Below, in pieces: positions 59,099-64,000 of a stretch of DNA of 64,000 nt; position 1 is the stretch's first letter; each line of letters begins with the position of its first letter. The DNA is taken from positions 192,001 to 256,000 of the forward strand of contig CAWDTA010000001.1 of assembly GCA_963805085.1 (NCBI GenBank), given 5' to 3'. The translations under genes and the position numbers were made by a program. The notes beneath the pieces are model-generated. The model was not told the origin of the DNA and searched no databases. It saw nothing but the letters and a program-made list of their open reading frames with translations. This DNA comes from an uncultured Veillonellaceae bacterium. Lineage in GTDB: Bacteria > Bacillota > Negativicutes > JARBTT01.

Positions 59099-61651
59099 AT
59101 GAAAAAGAAGTTTGACGTTACAGGAATGAGCTGTTCAGCTTGCTCGGCACATGTAGAGAAAAGTGTACGTAAGTTGGCTGGAATCAAAGAAGTTGCCGTA
59201 AATTTACTGGCCAATACTATGCAAGTTACTTATGAGGAAGAGCTGATTTCAGATCAAGAGATTTGTACTGCGGTAGTAGAAGCGGGATATGGTGCAACTG
59301 TCAGAGAAATGTTTTCTAATAAGCAAGAAAAGCCATCCAAGAAAAAACAAAATATTACACAAATCGAAATCAGTCATATGAAGTTTCGCTTGGTTGTATC
59401 GGTGATTTTTTCTTTGCCGTTGATGTATATTTCCATGTCACATATGTTTTCTTTGCCTTTGCCAGCATTTTTTCATGGGACAGAAAATGCAATTACCTTT
59501 GCATTCACCCAATTTTTATTAACGTTACCAATCCTATATGTTAATCGTAATTATTTTATCTTTGGCTATAAAACCTTAATCAAAGGGGCACCTAATATGG
59601 ATGCGCTGATTGCAATTGGTTCATCAGCAGCCTTGCTCTATGGTGTTTTTGCAATTTATTACATCGGTTATGGTCTAGGCCATCAGGAGTTTGGCGTTGT
59701 AAGGCAGTATGTAGCTGATTTATATTTTGAATCAGCAGCGATGATTTTAACGTTAATTACCTTTGGTAAATTTCTTGAAATCAAATCAAAAGGGAAAACT
59801 TCAGAAGCCATTACGAAAATGTTGGATCTTGCCCCTAAAACTGCAGTGGTTTTGCGCAATGAACAAGAGCGCGAGGTGCCCATTGAAGAAGTGATCGTGG
59901 GAGATATCGTTTTTGTAAAGCCTGGGCAAACTATTCCGGTTGATGGTACCGTTGTGACGGGAAGCTCGTTCGTTGATGAATCTGCACTTACGGGGGAAAG
60001 CATACCTGTTGCCAAACAAAAAGAGGATAAAGTAATTGCGGCTACGATGAATAAAATGGGGGCACTGAAAATAATAGCGACAAAGGTTGGCAATGATACG
60101 ACACTAGCCCAGATTATTCAATTGGTAGAAGAAGCAAGTTCGAGTAAAGCACCAATCGCGAAGCTAGCCGATCAGATTAGTGGGATTTTTGTACCAACGG
60201 TTATTACGATTTCTATCTTGGCGACAATCGGGTGGCTAATGGCGGGTGCAACATTTGATTTTGCCTTATCGATTGGCATCGCGGTACTCGTAATATCTTG
60301 TCCTTGCGCGCTGGGGCTGGCAACGCCGGTCGCAATTATGGTTGGTACAGGAAAAGGTGCAGAGCGAGGAATTTTAATTAAATCGGCAGAAAGTTTAGAA
60401 ACAGCACATAAAGTCGATACTGTTGTTTTGGATAAAACAGGTACGATTACGCAAGGTAGACCAAAAGTAACAGATGTTATTTTTGGTTCAGATATAAACG
60501 AGAATGAACTGTTACAGATTGCAGCATCTCTGGAGAAACAATCGGAACATCCATTATCTATCGCAATCGTAGAATACGCTGAGAGTCAAGCAATTACACT
60601 TTTGATAGTTGAGGAATTCCAAGCTGTCCTTGGACAAGGAATTCAAGGGAAAATAGGCGGAACGCAATTTTTTGCTGGTAATATAAAATATATGCAGGAA
60701 AATCATGTGGCTATAGCGTCCTTTTTAGAAAAAGGCGATGCATTGGCTGGAAATGGCAAGACACCACTTTATTTTGCAAATGATAAGGTGATCCTAGGCA
60801 TCATTGCTGTTGCTGATATTGTAAAACCAACGAGTAAGGCAGCAATACAGCAAATGATGGAACAGGGGATTGAAGTTATTATGCTGACGGGCGATCATCA
60901 ACGTACAGCAGAAGCGATTCAAAGAGAAGTTCATATTTCAAAGATCATTGCCGAAGTATTACCGCAAGATAAAGAAAATGTCATTCGTAAACTACAAGAG
61001 CAAGGGAAGAAAGTCGCAATGGTTGGTGACGGTATTAATGATGCACCAGCATTGGTCAGAGCAGATGTAGGGATTGCTATTGGTGCTGGTGCTGATATTG
61101 CGATGGAATCAGCTGATATTGTCTTAATGAAGAGTGATTTACTCGACGTAGTAACTGCACTGGAACTTAGTAAAGCGGTGATAAAGAATATTAAAATGAA
61201 TTTATTTTGGGCATTTTTTTATAACATCATCGGTATTCCATTGGCTGCAGGCGTATTTTATACATTCTTAGGCTGGAAGCTAAATCCAATGTTTGGTGCT
61301 GCGGTGATGAGTATGAGTTCAGTATGTGTTGTATCAAATGCGTTACGATTAAAATTATTTAAACCATCCCGGGATCGACAAAAAGTTGAAGGACAAGCAA
61401 ATTTTATAAATTTAAATCAAAATGAAAAGGAAGAGAGAAAAATGAAAAAAATTATAAGTATTGAAGGCATGATGTGTAATCATTGTAAAAAGAATGTAGA
61501 AAAGATTTTAGGAGACCTTGATGGCGTGGTAAGCGTGGTAGTGAGCTTAGAAGGAAAATCTGCGACACTAGAACTTTCCAAAGACGTAAGCAATGAATTG
61601 TTAACGCAAACAATTCTTGATGCTGATTATCAAGTAGTATCCATTAAATAG
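59099..61651 (+). CDS. copA: Cu(I)-translocating P1B-type ATPase with N- and C-terminal HMA domains
   Basis: GMSCSAC, TGES, CPC, DKTGT, SEHP, GDGIND, YN, MSMSS; C-terminal GMMCNHC. Confidence 0.96.
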   Translation: MKKKFDVTGMSCSACSAHVEKSVRKLAGIKEVAVNLLANTMQVTYEEELISDQEICTAVVEAGYGATVREMFSNKQEKPSKKKQNITQIEISHMKFRLVVSVIFSLPLMYISMSHMFSLPLPAFFHGTENAITFAFTQFLLTLPILYVNRNYFIFGYKTLIKGAPNMDALIAIGSSAALLYGVFAIYYIGYGLGHQEFGVVRQYVADLYFESAAMILTLITFGKFLEIKSKGKTSEAITKMLDLAPKTAVVLRNEQEREVPIEEVIVGDIVFVKPGQTIPVDGTVVTGSSFVDESALTGESIPVAKQKEDKVIAATMNKMGALKIIATKVGNDTTLAQIIQLVEEASSSKAPIAKLADQISGIFVPTVITISILATIGWLMAGATFDFALSIGIAVLVISCPCALGLATPVAIMVGTGKGAERGILIKSAESLETAHKVDTVVLDKTGTITQGRPKVTDVIFGSDINENELLQIAASLEKQSEHPLSIAIVEYAESQAITLLIVEEFQAVLGQGIQGKIGGTQFFAGNIKYMQENHVAIASFLEKGDALAGNGKTPLYFANDKVILGIIAVADIVKPTSKAAIQQMMEQGIEVIMLTGDHQRTAEAIQREVHISKIIAEVLPQDKENVIRKLQEQGKKVAMVGDGINDAPALVRADVGIAIGAGADIAMESADIVLMKSDLLDVVTALELSKAVIKNIKMNLFWAFFYNIIGIPLAAGVFYTFLGWKLNPMFGAAVMSMSSVCVVSNALRLKLFKPSRDRQKVEGQANFINLNQNEKEERKMKKIISIEGMMCNHCKKNVEKILGDLDGVVSVVVSLEGKSATLELSKDVSNELLTQTILDADYQVVSIK

Positions 61652-61671
61652 TTGGTTTGGAGGGCGATTCT

Positions 61672-61935
61672 ATGAAAGCTGATCTTGGCAAGGTTAACCG
61701 TCTCTTAAAGACGGCAAGAGGTCAGATTGACGGTATATTGAAAATGGTTGAGGAAGATCGCTATTGCATTGATATTTTTAATCAAGTATTGGCAACTCGG
61801 TCGTTACTAAACTCAGTGAACAAAGAAATTATGCATGGGCATATGGAGCATTGTGTGAAACAAGCCTTTGAGGAAGGTAAAGAAAAAGAAAAAATCGAAG
61901 AAATTTTAGCGATTATGGATAAGTTAACAAAATGA
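61672..61935 (+). CDS. csoR: Copper-sensing repressor
   Basis: LKTARGQIDGI.KM...RYC.D...Q, H..HC; follows copA. Confidence 0.92.
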   Translation: MKADLGKVNRLLKTARGQIDGILKMVEEDRYCIDIFNQVLATRSLLNSVNKEIMHGHMEHCVKQAFEEGKEKEKIEEILAIMDKLTK

Positions 61936-61937
61936 AG

Positions 61938-61973
61938 GAAGAAGTTATTGCCAAAGGGCGATAACTTCTTTTT
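61938..61973 (+). terminator. cop operon terminator
   Basis: aagaagttattgcc / ggcgataacttctt plus T's. Confidence 0.75.
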
Positions 61974-62046
61974 GTTTGCTCAAAAACGCGAGTCATAGTA
62001 AAATGAAAATAGATTGTAATTTTTGAACGGAAGAGGTCGGTTTTAA

Positions 62047-63042
62047 ATGAATACATTACCTAACATAAAGATATTAGCGATGGGGGGAACAATTGCAGGA
62101 AGTGCCGCAGATGATACAGATATGACAGGATATCAAGCGGGAGTACTAAACATAGAACTACTACTTGCAGCGATTCCTCAAATCAAGCAGTACGCCAAAG
62201 TAGATGGGCAGCAAGTTTGTGATATCGATAGTTGCGATATGACGGAAGAAATTTGGTTTCAATTGGCAGCCAAGGTGAATACACTATTGCTGGATGAAGC
62301 GATTGACGGTGTTGTTATCACCCATGGGACCGATACTTTAGAAGAGACAGCGTACTTTTTAAATTTAGTAGTAACAAGTGAAAAACCTGTTGTGATGGTT
62401 GGTGCAATGCGACCAGCAACGGCGATGAGTGCCGATGGACCCATTAATTTGCTAAATGCAGTTAGATTAGCTGCCAGTAAAGAGGCATTTGGTAAAGGGG
62501 TTTTAGTGGCGATGAATGATGAAATTCATGGCGCACGGGATGTAACTAAGACCAATACAGCAAATGTTAGTACGTTCAAAGCATGGGAATTGGGCGTTTT
62601 AGGCTATATGAACAACGGTAAGGCGAATTTTTATCGGATGACAACGCGGAAACATACGAAAAAGAGCGAATTCTCATTGGCTGGCTTGACGAATCTTCCA
62701 CAAGTGGAGATTGTGTATGCGCATGCGAACCAGAATCGCTGCATCATTGATGCTATCGTTCGTGCTGGCGTAAAGGGAATCATTTATGCTGGTATGGGAA
62801 ATGGTGGTATTCATATGAATGCTGAAGCTGGCTTAATTGATGCGGCAAAAGAAGGCATCGTAGTTGTACGAAGCTCTCGATGCGGTAATGGATGCGTAGT
62901 CGCTTCGAATCATAAATGGGAAGAACTCCAATTTATCAAGGCTGATTCTTTAAACCCGCAGAAGGCTCGTATATTATTAGCATTGGCTTTAACAAAAACA
63001 AAGGACGTAATAGAAATACAGCGTATGTTTGATGAATATTAA
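62047..63042 (+). CDS. L-asparaginase (type II-like sequence, no obvious signal peptide)
   Basis: GGTIAG, HGTDTLEETAY, GAMRP...SADGP.NL, G.GNG, LNPQKARILL. Confidence 0.93.
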   Translation: MNTLPNIKILAMGGTIAGSAADDTDMTGYQAGVLNIELLLAAIPQIKQYAKVDGQQVCDIDSCDMTEEIWFQLAAKVNTLLLDEAIDGVVITHGTDTLEETAYFLNLVVTSEKPVVMVGAMRPATAMSADGPINLLNAVRLAASKEAFGKGVLVAMNDEIHGARDVTKTNTANVSTFKAWELGVLGYMNNGKANFYRMTTRKHTKKSEFSLAGLTNLPQVEIVYAHANQNRCIIDAIVRAGVKGIIYAGMGNGGIHMNAEAGLIDAAKEGIVVVRSSRCGNGCVVASNHKWEELQFIKADSLNPQKARILLALALTKTKDVIEIQRMFDEY

Positions 63043-63168
63043 GCCGAGCATAAATAGAGGAAAAAAATAATTCTAGCTAGTCAATATAACTCTGATTGGC
63101 TTTCTTCAGAATTTGTATTTATTTTGTCGAAACTTTATGATAAAACAGACACATTAAGGAGCTTTGCT

Positions 63169-64000
63169 ATGGAAAATCAAGGGAAAAATAAAACTACAAC
63201 TACTAAAAAGCAGGTAAAAGGTAGTTCACGCAAAACTTCAAGTAAACGGCCGTGGGCAGTGCTTGGTATCGCAATGCTGCTGGTTGGTACTTATTTTTAT
63301 TTTATTAATTATGAGAATAAAGATAAAGAGAGAGCAATGGAGCAAATCCAGAATTATACGATAGAAAAAACAGGCGCTGGCACAAATGCTAATTTTACAG
63401 AAAAAACAAAGCAAATCCATACTGTTGTTGATAAAGTATTGCAAGATAAGAATGTGACGGTGCTTGATACAACGCAAGCCAGTAAGACGGTCAAACGACA
63501 GAAAATAGAAGGAAACATTTCCTGGAATGCACGGCAAATGCCAGTTTCGATTGCAAATGGTGCTGTAGACGAATTGAGAGCTGCTCTTGATAAAGCGTTA
63601 AATAAAATTGGTGCAAAGATTATAAACACAGAACCAGATCAATATAATGGAAATGCAGTCATGCGATTGGATATTGGTATTGAAGATGAACTTGATGGAG
63701 ATCAAGTCACAATTATCGCCGATAAATTGTATGTAATGCAGAAAAAAACTTCGTTGACAGATAAATCTCCTCCTCCAGCAAGCAAAGGTGGAAGTAAGGC
63801 AAAATTAGCGCTTGTGATTGATGATTTTGGCTATACAGAAGAGCCAATCAATGCGTATGAAGGTATTGATCGGCCATTGACTTTTGCGATATTACCCAAT
63901 CACCCCTACAGTAAAGAAGCCGCAAATCGTGGCTATAAAAGTGGTCGCCAGATTATTTTGCATTTACCAATGGAAGCAATGAGCAGTGCGGCAAAGGTAG
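63169..64000 (+). CDS. Membrane-anchored divergent polysaccharide deacetylase (YibQ-like), 3'-truncated by window edge
   Basis: Not in the ORF track because it has no stop in the window. ATG at 63169 after AAGGAG; N-terminal TM; KLALVIDDFGY, LTFAILP, IILHLPME. Confidence 0.88.
   Translation, partial: MENQGKNKTTTTKKQVKGSSRKTSSKRPWAVLGIAMLLVGTYFYFINYENKDKERAMEQIQNYTIEKTGAGTNANFTEKTKQIHTVVDKVLQDKNVTVLDTTQASKTVKRQKIEGNISWNARQMPVSIANGAVDELRAALDKALNKIGAKIINTEPDQYNGNAVMRLDIGIEDELDGDQVTIIADKLYVMQKKTSLTDKSPPPASKGGSKAKLALVIDDFGYTEEPINAYEGIDRPLTFAILPNHPYSKEAANRGYKSGRQIILHLPMEAMSSAAKV

Noticed and set aside
62047-63042. Asparaginase motif reads MGGTIAG rather than TGGTIAG
   Set aside because: The catalytic Thr in GGTIA and the HGTDT motif are intact.
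51-63629. Many 60-150 aa ORFs antisense to or nested in long genes
   Set aside because: Shadow frames of well-supported CDSs, with no SD and no motifs.
1-64000. tRNA, rRNA, CRISPR array, transposase or phage structural genes
   Set aside because: None were recognisable in the intergenic regions or ORFs on manual reading.

Overview
AT-rich chromosomal window from a Firmicute, most likely a diderm anaerobe of the Negativicutes. This is inferred from the futalosine-pathway mqnC, lipid A-modifying ArnT- and EptA-like genes, and the Clostridia-type pur and his operons. Core genes are mqnC-MTAP-like-guaA at the left, then purE-C-F-M-N-H-D, peptidases, hisR(yerC)-hisZ, hisG-D-C-B-H-A-F-IE, copA-csoR and an asparaginase. 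About 29 kb of accessory DNA lies between guaA and purE. It holds a glcD/glcF-type dehydrogenase flanked by a split two-component system whose kinase has a CdaR-type sugar-diacid sensor. It also holds a compact type I toxin-antitoxin module missed by the ORF track. The largest part is a ~17 kb anaerobic ureide (allantoate) catabolism cluster: allD, chemoreceptor, alpha/beta hydrolase, PucR-type regulator, fused FdrA-YlbE, YlbF, allC, MFS, allE, carbamate kinase, pucG, MFS. That cluster is bracketed by a 46-bp imperfect direct repeat. Other hidden signals are a 24-aa membrane-peptide gene behind a Pho-box-like tandem repeat, a long structured pur leader with no recognisable riboswitch, a HisR-type box, overlapping Fur-like and CsoR-like sites at copA, and a possible internal start giving a CopZ-like chaperone. 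No tRNA, rRNA, CRISPR array, integrase or transposase gene was seen. Family assignments come from motif recognition by eye, not database searches.
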